From assembly GCA_028534125.1 (NCBI GenBank), contig CM052818.1:1614001-1678000 (forward strand): 64,000 nucleotides of DNA, in the 5' to 3' direction. The notes under the pieces were generated by a model, which searched no databases, had not been told where the DNA came from, and saw only the letters and a program-made list of their open reading frames with translations. The DNA comes from Lama glama (Eukaryota). Numbering within the stretch: position 1 is the first letter of the stretch; each line of letters starts with the position of its first letter. Positions 13,748 to 27,101 of the stretch are shown in pieces. Position numbers and translations under genes: made by a program.

Positions 13748-13931
13748 CTGTGTGCGTGTGTGTATATGAATTTATTGTAAGGAATAAATGTTAATATATA
13801 TGTACATATGTCATATATGTGCATATACACACGCATCATATATGTATGTGTACATGTGTATATGCAATATGCGTGTGCATGTATATAACAATACACATAC
13901 ATATGAGCATGTATAAGCATACATATACACA
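13748..13931. repeat. Low-complexity alternating purine-pyrimidine (TG/TA/CA) tract, within MIR-like sequence
   Basis: Visible. Confidence 0.8.
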
Positions 13932-16900
13932 AATATTCTCATTTATTCCTTGTAATTTTGCAAAAAGTATTATGCTCCCATTTTACAGATGAGAAAAGGA
14001 AAAGATAGAGACATTTATTAGCATATCAAAAATAATCCTGTAGACGTAGTAGGGTGTGACTGCCTTCAGAGCCCGTGCCCATACTCTTTCCACAAGGCCC
14101 TCCTACCTTTTAGCTGCTCATGAGGAATACTCGGCTGTGTTCCATGGAGCCAGCATTTAAATGCCACTTCCTCTGTGAGATTCTCAATCAGAATTTTTTG
14201 CTGTGTAAAATTTTAGACATTATGACCAGAACAATTCCGTAAGAGAGGTCAATTGTGATAACGTGCCCGTAAGTGGAAACTATTTAGTAGTGGGAGCAAT
14301 ACCAGTAAGTGGGTTGCCTGTTTCTAACCTAACCTAGCTGCCTTAGCTGAAGCCGCATGTGGAAATTCTCTCCTCTGCTGGTAATAATGATTCTCTAAGC
14401 CAGCCCGATCCCTGTGGTTTTCTCTGGAACAAAATAAGGAAGTTTCAGTCTTCCTTAAGGCATCAGAACCTTCAGGGTATCATCCAGATTTTTCTTCAAA
14501 TTAACTTTATAGGTAGAGCCAATATCCACAGAATTATTCTTCATTTTTTTTCCTCTGATGGAGCAAAAATTACAGATTTACTGATTATTTCTCCACTGCT
14601 GAGAAGCTGATTATGTTGCCTGTTTCTATGCTGTTAAGACTTTGATTATTTGAGTTATGCAGAGTACTCTGAAATCAATGAATTAGCTCCTTATTTGTGT
14701 GGTATTGGAGTTGTGAGTTTAGCTAATCACTTTTATCCTTTAGGAGTTTTGTATTTCGTCAAAGATACCTTTGGGTATTGAGCTATTACTTAGCACTTCC
14801 CCCCATAAAACTACTATCACCGATAGCCACAGCCGTTCTTTCTGGTAGTATTCAGCCAGCTGTCCTTTGCCTCTTTAACTGATCGTTGGATTGTCTCTTG
14901 CTATGATAATAATTAGGTAAAAGGTTAAGAATGCTTGATTCCAAATACTAATCCTGCTGGTTCTGTTTTTGATGATGAAATAAGGTAGGAAATAAGGAGA
15001 ATCTAGACCTTAAAGGACTGCAGAATCCTACAGCTCTAACTCTGCATATCTGACATGCTGTTTAAGTGTTAGAGATACCAGTGAGCATATTTTGTTTACT
15101 GCTCTATCTGGGCATCTCGGATACCTTTATAAAATGCAAAGGAGGTTGTCTGCTTCTGATTCTTTCTCATTGGTGCTGGCATAGAAGGAAGCTGGGTATT
15201 TTGAGGGGACTGAACAATTATTTCTACATTGTTTATAAGAACAAATAATTAAAAATAACCTTAACTATATAATAACAGGTAAATGGTTGTATAAACTGTA
15301 ATACTATTATTCAATTCATTCATTGAATTCATTTAATATTCATAAAATTCATAATGAATTTATAATAAAATTTATGAGTATTAAATAATATTGCAAAATA
15401 TTTATAATATAATCTTAAACTAGAGAAACAGGATGAAAAATTTATAAACATAGTGATACAAGTGTATAAAAACTCTAAATGTGTTAGTGGTGGGGAAAAA
15501 GTTCAAAAGGAAATATGTTAAATGTAAATATTTGGTTTTGTAGCAAGGCTTCCTAATCTTTTTCAAAATTGTCAGTATTTTGTAATTTTTGTTATTGGCA
15601 TTTAAAAAAATTTAAGCATTTGCTGTATTGAAAAATTTGAGATCGTCATAGCTCCTCTTCCACTTCAGATTTGCCTTTGCTCATAAATTACAATAATGAA
15701 AGAAAAAAAATCCACATTTTAAAATTCATTTATATGCCAGTCTCCTTCATTAAGCTCCTTTCAGTCTGTAAAGTAATCCCTTTTTATATATGAAATTTAG
15801 GTGTAGATAATAAATCATTGTCCCAGGTCATACAAGTAATATTTGGTAGACCAGATACTTATATTGAGGCCTCTCATGGTAGAACCCATGATCGTTTGCT
15901 ATAGTAAGGAGGTTGCTTTTTCCTAGCATCTCAAAAACTAAAGGAAGATGTTGAGGTATCCTAGCAAAGTTCTAGGCAAGAGGACAGAGGAACATGATTG
16001 TGATTAGATCAAGCATAATAAATCATAACTGAGGACAAATGAAGTGTGTGGTCATTAAAGGAAGAACATAAGGTAGAGTCTGTCTTTATGCCAATTTATT
16101 TACAGATGTGCATTCCAAAAGCAGTGTATTTCATGCCCTCGGTTCAGAAATTTTTAATTATTCCTACTCCTTCTAGTGTAACTCTTGTCCAAACTACATA
16201 TATTTCCCGTAATTCCTCTACATGAACCCTTAGACTTCAGCCAAGTATATCTGTTCATTTTTCCCAAACATACTGTGCTTATTCCTGCCTGTAGATTTTT
16301 CTTTGTGGTTTTCTTTCTCCTTGGAAGGACTTACCTCACTTTAGTATCTTTTCTTCCTTTAAAATACAATGCAAAGCCAATTTTCTCCATGAAGTCTTTC
16401 AGGACCTGTCTCCTTCCTCCCCACAAGCTATGTCCCGAGGGTTTGGCTTTCTTGTAAACTTCTATAGATCTTATTATGTCCCTTTGCTATCTGAAATTTA
16501 AGACATTATCTTTAACTATTATCTTTTTCTGTGTATTCCCATTATCATCAATACTGGTCACAAGTTCTTTGAAGGAAAATGTCTACAACTTTTTAATATA
16601 TTCAGCACTGATTGAGTATAGAGTGAATGTCAAGATGAGGTTGGATTTGTCTAACAGGACATCATGTATGTGACCTCCAACTCAGATGACTGTTTGCCAT
16701 CACATGACATCTTTTCTTATTGCAGCTCTTTATTATAAATACATTTGCTTTGCAGTTCCATTTCATTGAAAATGAGGTTGGGAAAGCATCGAAAAAGTTC
16801 TTATCCAAGTTCCCAAGGAAGAAAATATTGCTGCTTGGGAATATTGCAGTTAGGTCATTCTAAACTACACTTTTACTATTTTCACAAAATGGCAAACTTG

Positions 16901-17904
16901 AGCCTGCCAATTGGTGCCAGCACACTCCAGCACATCTAGTGCATATATTGTGGGGTGAGGAGTTCAGTTAAATTAACAGGAATCTGGAACATGCCACTGT
17001 TCTGCAATACATTCATGGTGGTTTATAGCCCCAGTTTTAATATGGTTTAGTAAGTGCTTGAACTTTTCCCAAACAAATAACACACATTATTGGAAATCAG
17101 ACACAGTGCGTACTTGCCCCTGGGGACTCCTCCTATTTTGAATTAGCCACTGCTGGCTTGTTGCTTTTTAGCTCCCTGGCTATAGATGAGGTCCAGAATC
17201 TTAAGGAAAAACTACTGTCTTAAAAAAGATTACAGTCACACACACACACACGCACAGCGCCAAATAAAGAATTTTCTACCCTGAAATTTGTTTCTATTAA
17301 GAACATCTACTTGTTATTTTTATTTCATTTAGGATAAGTTGATTGCTCTTACAATGTTCCTGTAAATGAATGATTTACTGTCTTTAACTGTTCTAAGATG
17401 GAGACTTTTACAGTGACTGTCTAACAACGTGAAGAAGTTTTATGTGTCTCTGGATATACGTGCTTTGTTTTGTTTCGGTGGATTGTTGTTTTTTATTTTT
17501 ATTTTTATTTTAAGTTTCCATTAATCATTTTGTATCTTGATAACTCCTTTGGAAGATAGTCTTAGGATCAAGAGCAGACAAGGACCTGAAGATGGGAAAC
17601 TGTCATTCAATAGTCAAACAGGCCCTAACTCTACTGTCTCCAGGGGTCTAACTTGAACTCTTTGTGAAGGTAGTTTTCTTCTTGGCCTGGTTTTCCTATA
17701 CATGAACGTAGATTCCAACTGGAGCTGTGTAAAACCAGAGGACTGTTCTCTGGAACTGTATTTTTGGTTCCATGTTGACTATATCTGTATTTCTGCTGTT
17801 GAGAAACAAACACAGTGACCCCTGTTGCTCATTGTTTTGGTGAGACCCCTGAAAAATGTATTTTTAAAATACTCTATCCTTTAGAAAAGGAAATAAGTTC
17901 ATTT

Positions 17905-18355
17905 ACTTATTTTTAATTGAAGAATAACAAACATATAGAAAAGTAACCAAACCATAAATACAGAGTTTGATGAATCTTCACAAAGTAGACATATTTGTGT
18001 GATTAGCATGAAGATCAGGAAACAGAATATTACCACTTTCCCAGAAGACCCATCTAGCCTTTTCCCTGTCAGATCTTCACCTTTTTTCCTGAGGGTGATC
18101 TTTATTTATACATCTAATACTGTAGCTTGGTTCTGCCTGTTTGTGGAATCATCCAGTATGTACTCTTTTGTATCATTTCTTAGGCTCACGAATCTGTGAG
18201 ATTCATCCACTGCATGTAGGAATAGTTTGTTCATTCTCATTCCTATATAATATTCCATCATATGAATATATCACAATTTGTTATCTGTTCTAAAGTTGTT
18301 AGACGTTTGAGTTGTTTCCAGTTTTTGGTTATTAGAAATAGTGTTGCTTTGAAAT
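17905..18355 (-). mobile_element. Old L1M 3' UTR fragment
   Basis: Typical words: tgtgagattcatcca, agtttgttcattctcatt, gttgtttccagtttttggttatt. Confidence 0.65.
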
Positions 18356-18795
18356 TTCTTTTTTTTTAACATTTTTTTTATTGATTTATAATCATTTTAC
18401 AATGTTGTGTCAAATTCCAGTGTTCAGCACAATTTTTCAGTCATTCATGGACATATACACTCTCATTGTCACATTTTTTTCTCTATGAGTTATCATAACA
18501 TTTTGTGTATATTTCCCTGTGCTATACAGTGTAATCTTGTTTATCTATTCTACAATTTTGAAATCCCAGTCTATCCCTTCCCACCCTCCACCCCTCTGGT
18601 AACCACAAGTCTGTATTCTCTGTCCATGAGTCTTTAGATTCCACATATGAGCGATCTCATATGGTATTTTTCTTTCTCTTTCTGGCTTACTTCACTTAGA
18701 ATGACATTCTCTAGGAGCATCCATGTTGCTGCAAATGGCATTATGTTGTTGGTTTTTATGGCTGGGTAGTATTCCATTGTATAAATATACCACAT
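18356..18795 (-). mobile_element. Young lineage-specific L1 3' end running into the assembly gap
   Basis: Poly-T, 3' UTR and the ORF2 C-terminus (MWYIYTMEYYPAIK...MPFAATWMLLENVILSEVSQKEK). Confidence 0.9.
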
Positions 18796-19295
18796 NNNNN
18801 NNNNNNNNNNNNNNNNNNNNNNNNNNNNNNNNNNNNNNNNNNNNNNNNNNNNNNNNNNNNNNNNNNNNNNNNNNNNNNNNNNNNNNNNNNNNNNNNNNNN
18901 NNNNNNNNNNNNNNNNNNNNNNNNNNNNNNNNNNNNNNNNNNNNNNNNNNNNNNNNNNNNNNNNNNNNNNNNNNNNNNNNNNNNNNNNNNNNNNNNNNNN
19001 NNNNNNNNNNNNNNNNNNNNNNNNNNNNNNNNNNNNNNNNNNNNNNNNNNNNNNNNNNNNNNNNNNNNNNNNNNNNNNNNNNNNNNNNNNNNNNNNNNNN
19101 NNNNNNNNNNNNNNNNNNNNNNNNNNNNNNNNNNNNNNNNNNNNNNNNNNNNNNNNNNNNNNNNNNNNNNNNNNNNNNNNNNNNNNNNNNNNNNNNNNNN
19201 NNNNNNNNNNNNNNNNNNNNNNNNNNNNNNNNNNNNNNNNNNNNNNNNNNNNNNNNNNNNNNNNNNNNNNNNNNNNNNNNNNNNNNNNNNNNNNN
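18796..19295. other. Assembly gap (500 N)
   Basis: Run of exactly 500 N. Confidence 1.
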
Positions 19296-20034
19296 TTCCT
19301 TGAAAGACCATTCTTTTAGCATATTACTATTCCTGCATAGAGGGCCTGTGAACTTATTAGGGGGAAATGGTAGGGATTTTTGTCTTCTTGTCACATTAAC
19401 TAACTGGAATCAAGTGCTCATATTTGAAAGGTTTTTTTCCTTTGTTTGTTTTTTTTAGTTTTAGATAAGTATTTATGAAACTTTTTTTTTGACAATTAGT
19501 AATTAGATAAACTATTCGTATAGTGGAGAAGGAAACAACCTTTATTTTTCAAGTGTTTTTGGAAAGCATTATGTAGTTGATTCATTGTTTTTTGACAACC
19601 TTAGCAATTCTTTTGTTACGGGATTTAAAAAAATAACTTGCAGAATGTTCAGTGCAGAGCCTTGGAATTCTCTTAATGTCAGGAAAAGGACACCAAGAGA
19701 TCTTAAAAACTGTCTTGCTTATAAATTTGAGATTATAGAGTTCTGGAAATCCTCTTAGCTTGATGAACTAAAGCTAAAATATGAAGAATAATATATTCTC
19801 TTTCACATATGAATGTATCATTAATGACCTACCATATGTGACATGTATTTTGTTGATTTTTCTCAACAGAAATAGAAAACATGGAATGTTTAGTAGGCTA
19901 TTCAGATCAATTGTGCCTGTAAAAAAAAAAGGCTTGAGAATTTGAATTGACTGTAAGTTCAAGTTAAGTAAGCAGGATGATCTATCAAAAAAGCTAAATT
20001 GATTTAAGATTGTGTTATAAAAAATATTATCTAA

Positions 20035-20208
20035 CAGTTTTCAAAATGTAGTCCCTAGAACAGAAATGTCAGCATTTTATTAAAAATGCATAATCTCGGG
20101 CCCTGTCCCAGACATACTGAATCAGAAACTTGGCTTTTGCCCTAGCAGTCTGTGTTTTAATAAGTCCTCCAGGAAATTCTGATGTATGCTGAAGGTTAAG
20201 AACTACTG
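20035..20208. mobile_element. MER5A-like hAT-Charlie MITE
   Basis: CAG...CTG termini; internal actgaatcagaaact and tctgtgttttaataagtcctccagg. Confidence 0.75.
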
Positions 20209-21614
20209 ATCGAGAACAAAATCCTCTTCTACTGATCAGAGCATTTCTGGATCAGTTATTATTGCTTCTACTGTGTAGTCTAAAAAAGAGATTGACCAGC
20301 TGGAGTCTTCTAAAAGAATATGCTACAGCATACAAAGGACTAGAGGTTAAATCCTATAGGGATATTTGACAAAAATGTTTATTTGCGTAGCCTATAGAAA
20401 GGATAACTTAGAGGCTTAAGGCATGTAATTGTTGCCTTCACTTAGCTCCTGAAGGTAGGACTTAGCAGAAAAAAACCTTCTGGCAAAAATTTTGTATGAT
20501 GTCTTTGTGATTTAGTGATCTCAACTTCTATGGAGGCATTTGTGTAAGTTCTAGATACTGTCTTAATGGCAGTGCTGTAGTAGTCATTCCTGTAGTGGTC
20601 TGAATCAGAAAGCCACTAACTAAGGTCTTTTCTAGACTTAGAGAGTTTATATCTATGACTTGCACTAAGTTACCATATTCTCAGTGAGTTTCTGGTTTTT
20701 ACTACAGTAGTATTCTCAGAATTAAGTCATGTGTCAACCTCTTTTATTTGAAAATTTTATTATTTCGTTCATCTCTGGCTACAGTCAGAATTCTGAATCA
20801 AATGTTATTTTTCTTCTGCCTGTTGAAGACATTGTTTCACTGTCTTCTAGCCTCTTCCCGTTGCTGTCAGTTTTATTGTTCCTTTATGGGCAATTTGCCT
20901 TTTCTTTCTTGTTACTTTTAAAATGTTTATCTTTTCATATCTCTGACTTACATTCTGGGTGATTCCTCAGATCTGTCTTTTAATCCAATTTATTGTGTAT
21001 ATAATTTATTGAATTTTAAATTTCAGTGTCAATTTTTCCAGAAATCCCATTTGGTTCTTTTTCATATCTGTCTATTTCATAGTATTCTGTTATTTTGTAA
21101 TGATTTGAATTCCTTTTATCTTGTTTATCATCTTAAACATATGTATTTTATTTTAACTTCCAAAAAAAATTCTTGTATGTCAGATCTCTGCCTGGTTTTT
21201 TTTTATTCTTTTTGATCTTTAGATTCTACCTCATGAAAAATCATTTCTTTAGGCAGTTTTTAATTTTGATTGTGAGCTTATCTTTGACAAGAATTGTTTT
21301 TCCATGGGAACTCATGTTTCTTAGATTATGAAAGTATCCATATTGTGCTCTTTTGCATTTGTTTCTCCTGGTTGTCTCAAAGGTTTCACTGATCCAGGAC
21401 CAGTTTTTGGTTCATATTTTAGCTCAGGGCTTTCTGTACTACACTTGTACTGTAAATTCTGAGAGCACATCAGCACCTGGATTTTAATTTCTCACGGGAG
21501 ACACTTTTTTCTCCCAGTGCAAGGTGCACAGCTAAAACAGAGCTTCTATGTCACTCTAATTGGATTCATTTTTACTGGAAGTATAGGCTTTTGAGGTGTC
21601 AAAATTATGCAGAA

Positions 21615-21900
21615 GCTATGGGCTGTATATTTGTGTCCCCCTAAAATGTATATGTTGAAATCTGAACTCCAATGTGTTGGTATTTGGAGATGGGGCTTTG
21701 GGAGGTAATTAGGCATGAGGGAAAACCCTCATGAATAATGGATTAGTGCCTTTATTAGAAAAGGCCAGAGAACTGGCTTGTTCTCTACCCACCATTTGAG
21801 GATACAATGAGAAGGTGGTAGTCTGCAACCTGAAAGAGTTCTTACCAGAAAAATCTGATTTTGTTCTTTGGTTATCCATCCTGGACTTTTCTGCCTGAAC
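21615..21900 (+). mobile_element. MLT1-type (ERVL-MaLR) LTR fragment
   Basis: Characteristic ttgtgtccccc..aaaat..atatgttgaaa..ggtatttggagatggggctttgggaggtaattagg. Confidence 0.75.
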
Positions 21901-22417
21901 ATTTGTACTATTTTGTAAATTATTTTCCTCTGATATGTTCATTATTGTTGGTGTTTAACTTTTCTTGACTCCTCTTGACAAACATCAGTTGACCTAATAA
22001 CTTAATCTTCTGTATTCAAATTGATCATCTGTAATTTGATTTTTAGCTTCATATTAGTTCTAAGTTTTAGGAGAATATTTCATGTTTCTTTCCCAAATAA
22101 CATGGGTAATTTTTCACAGCATAAGTCCTAAGCTTATTCCCTCTCATTTGGATCTTAAATTAATTATTATGCTTTTTTTATATATATATAAACCTTTTAT
22201 CATATCTGTCTACCTTTATATTTCTTACTGACTTTTTAACTTATAATGTTACTTTACCTCACTATTTTATCCTTATTGCTTTATGTTTCTATTTTATTGG
22301 AAACAGTTTATTTTATACTCTAGATGATGACAGTAAAGAGTTTCTTGAAAGAAATTTTTTTGATACTCTAATATATAATTTTCTGAGGCTTGATAATTCT
22401 CTGAGTCTTTTGCATGT

Positions 22418-22914
22418 TGTATTAGTTAGGAGTCTTCAGAGAAATACAACCAATAAGATACGTGTGCATATATATAAGAGATTTATTATGAGGAATAGAC
22501 TCATGTGATTATGGAGGCTAAGGAGTCTGAAGATCTGCAGTGGTAGCTTGAGAGTTTGGAAGTTGGTATAAGTTTTAGTCTGAAAGCCAGCAGGCTGACG
22601 ATCCAATAAAAGCCATGATTCAATTTGAGTATGAAAGCTGGAAAGACTGGATGTGTGAGCTTAAGGCAGTTAGGCAGGCAGAATTCTCTCTTACTGGTGG
22701 ATAGCCCTTTTGTTTTATTCAGGCCTTCAACTGATTGGATGAGGCCCACCTACATTAAGGAAGGGCAATCTGTTTTACTCAGCCTACTGATTTAAATATT
22801 AATTGCATCCTAAAGTACTCTCACAAACACACCCAGTATAATGTTTGACCAAATATCTAGGTAGCCCATGATATTTGGCCAGTCAAAGTCAAGTTGACAC
22901 ATGAAATTAACACA
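22418..22914 (-). mobile_element. MLT2-type (ERVL) solo LTR
   Basis: TG...CA termini (tgtattagtt...aaattaacaca); 5-bp TSD catgt/gatgt; internal ccttcaactgattggatgaggcccac. Confidence 0.85.
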
Positions 22915-24699
22915 GATGTTGTACCCTTTCCTTTGTTTTGCAGTATTTTTACTTGGGCTGTGTGCTAGTATTTTACTTTCCTCCTTACTTGACCTCAGAT
23001 GTAGAAGTTCTTTATACACTGTCTACTTGTTAAAAAACTAGGTGAGTTGACAGCCTTTCATCCTTCTCTCTGATCCACTTAAAGTACCATCCCTTATCCA
23101 GACTATTTATGTGCATAATTATGTGCATACCTCTCATCTGATTTCCTGATTCTACTGGCTTTCATGTAGTTATCAGTTATCAATAATAACAGTGAACCAA
23201 CTTCAGTGGTTTGAATACCTATGAGTATAAATATATTTCATTTTATAATAACAATTCCAGAAATGATAATGGTTTAGAGGCTTGGGAATGTCAGGGGTAA
23301 GGTCTTTGCCTTTCTCCTGACCTTTTCCTCAAGGTTCCAAGGTAGCTGCTAGAATTCTAGCCATCACATTTGCATTTAGACAGCAGAAAGAAGGAAAGAC
23401 CAGGCCAAAAGGCTTTTGAAACATTTCTACTTTCAAATGATTTGCCTTCCATATCTGACAAGTTGCTGAGCAAATTAATTATTCTAGCTGTTTATATTGA
23501 CAAGGATTATTTTGTTAAAGTAGAAGGGGCCATGGATAATATGCAACCAACATATTCTGCAAGTATATTCTTTTTTCAGTGATGACATCTTCTTCCTATC
23601 ACCCATGTCTAGTTCTCTGAAAATTTTCTGAACTTGTGGAATACGATGTACATGATCAATTTCTAGCATGTCCTGTTAGAGATCCTTCAGTTCTTGTTCT
23701 TACTTTGCTCAAGAAACTATACCTCTGAGGTTACACAACCTTCCACCAATTTTCTTTCTGCCATAAGTTTCTGCCATCTCTCCAAGATTTGCAGCTTCTG
23801 CTTAAATAAGAATGTAGCTGGGCAGCAGGGCATAGGTGAGGGACTCACTAGGATTAGGGAGAACCACATCAGAAGTTAATGGTTAGAGTCTAAAGAACAG
23901 CTGCCTGGTCCTATATTATGCAATGCTCAGGGTCTCTGAGAACAGGAGGCAGAGATGGTAGAGGAACTTTTCAAAATTTGATGTCTCATATTCTGAATTT
24001 CTAGGAAGATTTTTCTTAATTCAGCTTCTAGCCTTCTACTTAGGATAATTTCCTCTCTGGGTTTGTCAATCTTGGTTTTAGCATTATTGTGGCTTTTCAT
24101 CTTTTTCTGTGTCTTTACTATTGGGAGTGTTTGTAGAAAGCTATATAGAGGGACTGTTAGCCAGGCAACCTTTATTCAGTGGGTATTCATTTTAATAGCC
24201 ATTTGGTTTCATTACCTTTTAATGAGTTCTTTGATAGCAAGTTCCTTAATTAACAAGGCAGTCTTTCAGGTTTCCTCTTCTCTAATTGTTAACATATTTT
24301 GGTGCTTTCACACAGATACACTGTGATGAAAAGTTTCCTCTTTTATAGCTTCTGTAGGGCCATTCAGACAAGGAAAAGACAGGGACGGGGAGAATATGCA
24401 ACACGTTTCCTTGAGATATAAATGATTTAAAAGCATTTGTCCTCCCAAACTGAGACATAGTCACATTTCATGCTCAATTTCCTGCAAGGTGATTAACTCA
24501 GAGTGAATTTCTAGCTGTATGAAAGTTGACTGAGTCCAGCTCATGTTGGAATTTGTATGTTGAATTTTTATATAACCACTTTCCAAGAGATGTGGAATAC
24601 TTAATTCACCTGGGACCTAAATAAATTTTCCCTTTAAATTTTCCTTGAAGTATGTATAGATATAGGTAGTACTCCTCAAAATGACAGGACTGTTTTATA

Positions 24700-24930
24700 A
24701 TAAAGTACCTAACATTCATGGAGCCTCTGCTATGTTCCCGACACTCTACAGGGCTCTATATTATCTCACTTATTGCATATAATTTCTGCAAGGTTAGTGT
24801 CATTATCTTTATTTTACTGATGAGGAATCTGAGTCTAACTCAAGATTAAACAACTTTCCTAAATGCCAAGTAAGTGATAAGGCCAGAGTTTGAACCTAAG
24901 TTAATAAGAACCAAAGTTCTTGCTCTTTTT
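24700..24930 (-). mobile_element. MIR SINE
   Basis: MIR core attttactgatgaggaatctgag. Other MIR-like pieces at ~12420-12620, 13480-13660, 33920-34140, 38500-38658 and 53920-54140. Confidence 0.65.
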
Positions 24931-26955
24931 CCATGTAAGAGAAAGACTTGCACTGTAGTCCTATCTTGTTTCCACTACCATTTAAAATAAAATCGACATG
25001 CTGGTTCAGGCATCATTTTCCCTACAGTGAGATTAAGTAGAAAGCTAATTAAATTCTTGTAAAGAAGATCTTAAATTATTTCCCTCAGAGAAATCTAAGA
25101 TTTTAAATATTCTGAAACGAAGCATTTGTTATTGGCAGAAAGTAATGAACCAAAGCACCTACAGGATACATTAGCTCAAAAGAGCAAAAAGAAACTCAGG
25201 CTAATGAGGTGTTTGGGTGGAGAAATTCTCTTATTTAGGGTATTGACCAGTTAGGAACTGAGTAATAAGTTGTACGTGGAAGTTAAAAGCGACTGGCTGG
25301 CAGACAGTCAGGCGTCTGTAGCATCGTGTTTTGTAAACTTTCTCCTATGGCTGTGGTGTGTTTTTTCCAAGCCCACTTAATTTTTTATGGGGTTTGTAAA
25401 GGTCTTGAATAAACAATTGAGATTATAAAGGTTTTCCTGGAAGCTTTGGTTAATATTTTAATATACTCTGCATTGTCACATTATTAAATAGCTTATTGGA
25501 AAATTTGAAAGACAGGATAACTTTTTTATTTTTCCTATTTTTCTTTTTTCTTCCCTCCCCCCCTCCTTTTTGGTCTACTAGTTAAATATCAAAATTGGTT
25601 GTACTTTTTAGCCGATTCCCTCCCTTCTTTTTATTTTAACTTTATACGTCTACAGATCACCCATAGATTGGGAATCCAGCATCTGGGAGGCCGCCACTTA
25701 AAATGCACTTCCAGTGGAATTACAGTTTAGAGGGTATATCTTGAAACCAAGCCAGTAACTATAAATGCACGTAGTTTGAGAGGACTGGAGAAAGAGAGAA
25801 GGAATTGGATAGGGTCAGAAAACAGGAACTAGTAGAACTTGGGGAATTGCCTCATCATGACCTTTGCTCATTAATATTTGAATCTGAATTTTTGACATCT
25901 TGGTTGCAGTCTGGTGAAATGTCAAGCATGACAGAGACTTAATACCCTGAAGGATATTTCTGTGTTAATGAGATGACTTGATGAATTTGACCTTTAACCT
26001 GGATAGGAGTTGAGGAAAGAAAAAGGAAGAGTTTGTTTGTTTTCTTTCTTATTATGAGAACTTCTTATTCTATAGAGGTTTGTGTAGCAAGAATTGTTCT
26101 TATTTGTAGAGTACTTTATATTACCTCGTTTCAAATTGGAAGCCACTTGAAACTATTTCCATATTGTTGTTGCTGTTGTTGGGGTGCAATGAAGATCACC
26201 CAGCAAGTCCCACCACTTTTGTGAAGCCTTCTCTGAACTTTTCTTCTAAAATCACACAGTGCTTAGAGTTTATTCTGCTTAGTTTAGCGCTTAATTGCAT
26301 GTTCTCCTTGATTTGCTTCAGAATACGAAGTACACTTTCCACTTTTTTGCATGACAAAATCTTTTGGTTTAAAAGAAGCAAATGATGTGACAACATGAAT
26401 TTTCTCGCCAATGTACTCCTCTTCCTTCCCAAAACTTTTTTTAAACGTATTTTAACTGGATTGAGAAGAATAAGAGCTTTGGTAGTTGACCTTCAGTTCA
26501 TTTAGTTGTTTTTTTTTTTTTTTTTGGCTGTCTTCGAATAGACACATCGTAGCTGCATCAAGAGACAGTATGATGTTGAGCTAGTTGTTAAGATCTTGTG
26601 ACTCAAAATCTCGCTGCATCTCAAGTTCCTCATACATTCAAAATATGATGGTAATACTTAGCTCATTCTTCATCTTGTCTGGCATTCTGCTTCTATTCTC
26701 GTATAGTCTCGGTGCACTGGGACTGTCATAGCTTCATAAGATACAACCTAGATGTGATTATGGGTGATTTGAAACTGTTCCCAGAGGTATCCAAAGGCAG
26801 TTTTGGTCATTTTAGGTTTCGGTCAGTTTAGATTGTCTTATCTAATTCTTACCCTGTCCTAGAGATTGGCTGTATGTTCCAAGAAAGAATCTGCTTCGTA
26901 ATAAGATTACTTAATGAAGAGGTTGAAACCACCAATTTTTATTGCTTAGTGTATT

Positions 26956-27101
26956 TTTAAAAAAATTTTGATGGGGGTGTAATTATGTTTATTTATTTAT
27001 AGGGTTTTTTTGTTTTTCTTTTTTAACGGAGGTGCTGGGGATTGAACCCAGGACCGCATGCATGCTAAGCACGCACTCTACCACTGAGCTCTACCCTCCC
27101 C
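26956..27101 (-). mobile_element. tRNA(Ala)-derived SINE (camelid Vic-1-like)
   Basis: Reverse complement reads GGGGAGGGTAGAGCTCAGTGGTAGAGTGCGTGCTTAGCATGCATGCGGTCCTGGGTTCAATCCCCAGCACCTCC (A and B boxes) plus A-rich tail. TSD tattgcttagtgtatt / tattgcttaacgtatt. Confidence 0.88.

Noticed and set aside
18634..19394. Long X-containing ORFs (also 61865-62481)
   Set aside because: Artefacts of N gaps.
27028..27101. tRNA-Ala gene (also the copies near 39.3 kb and 53.0 kb)
   Set aside because: The shared non-tRNA tail, TSDs and multiple diverged copies identify these as SINEs.
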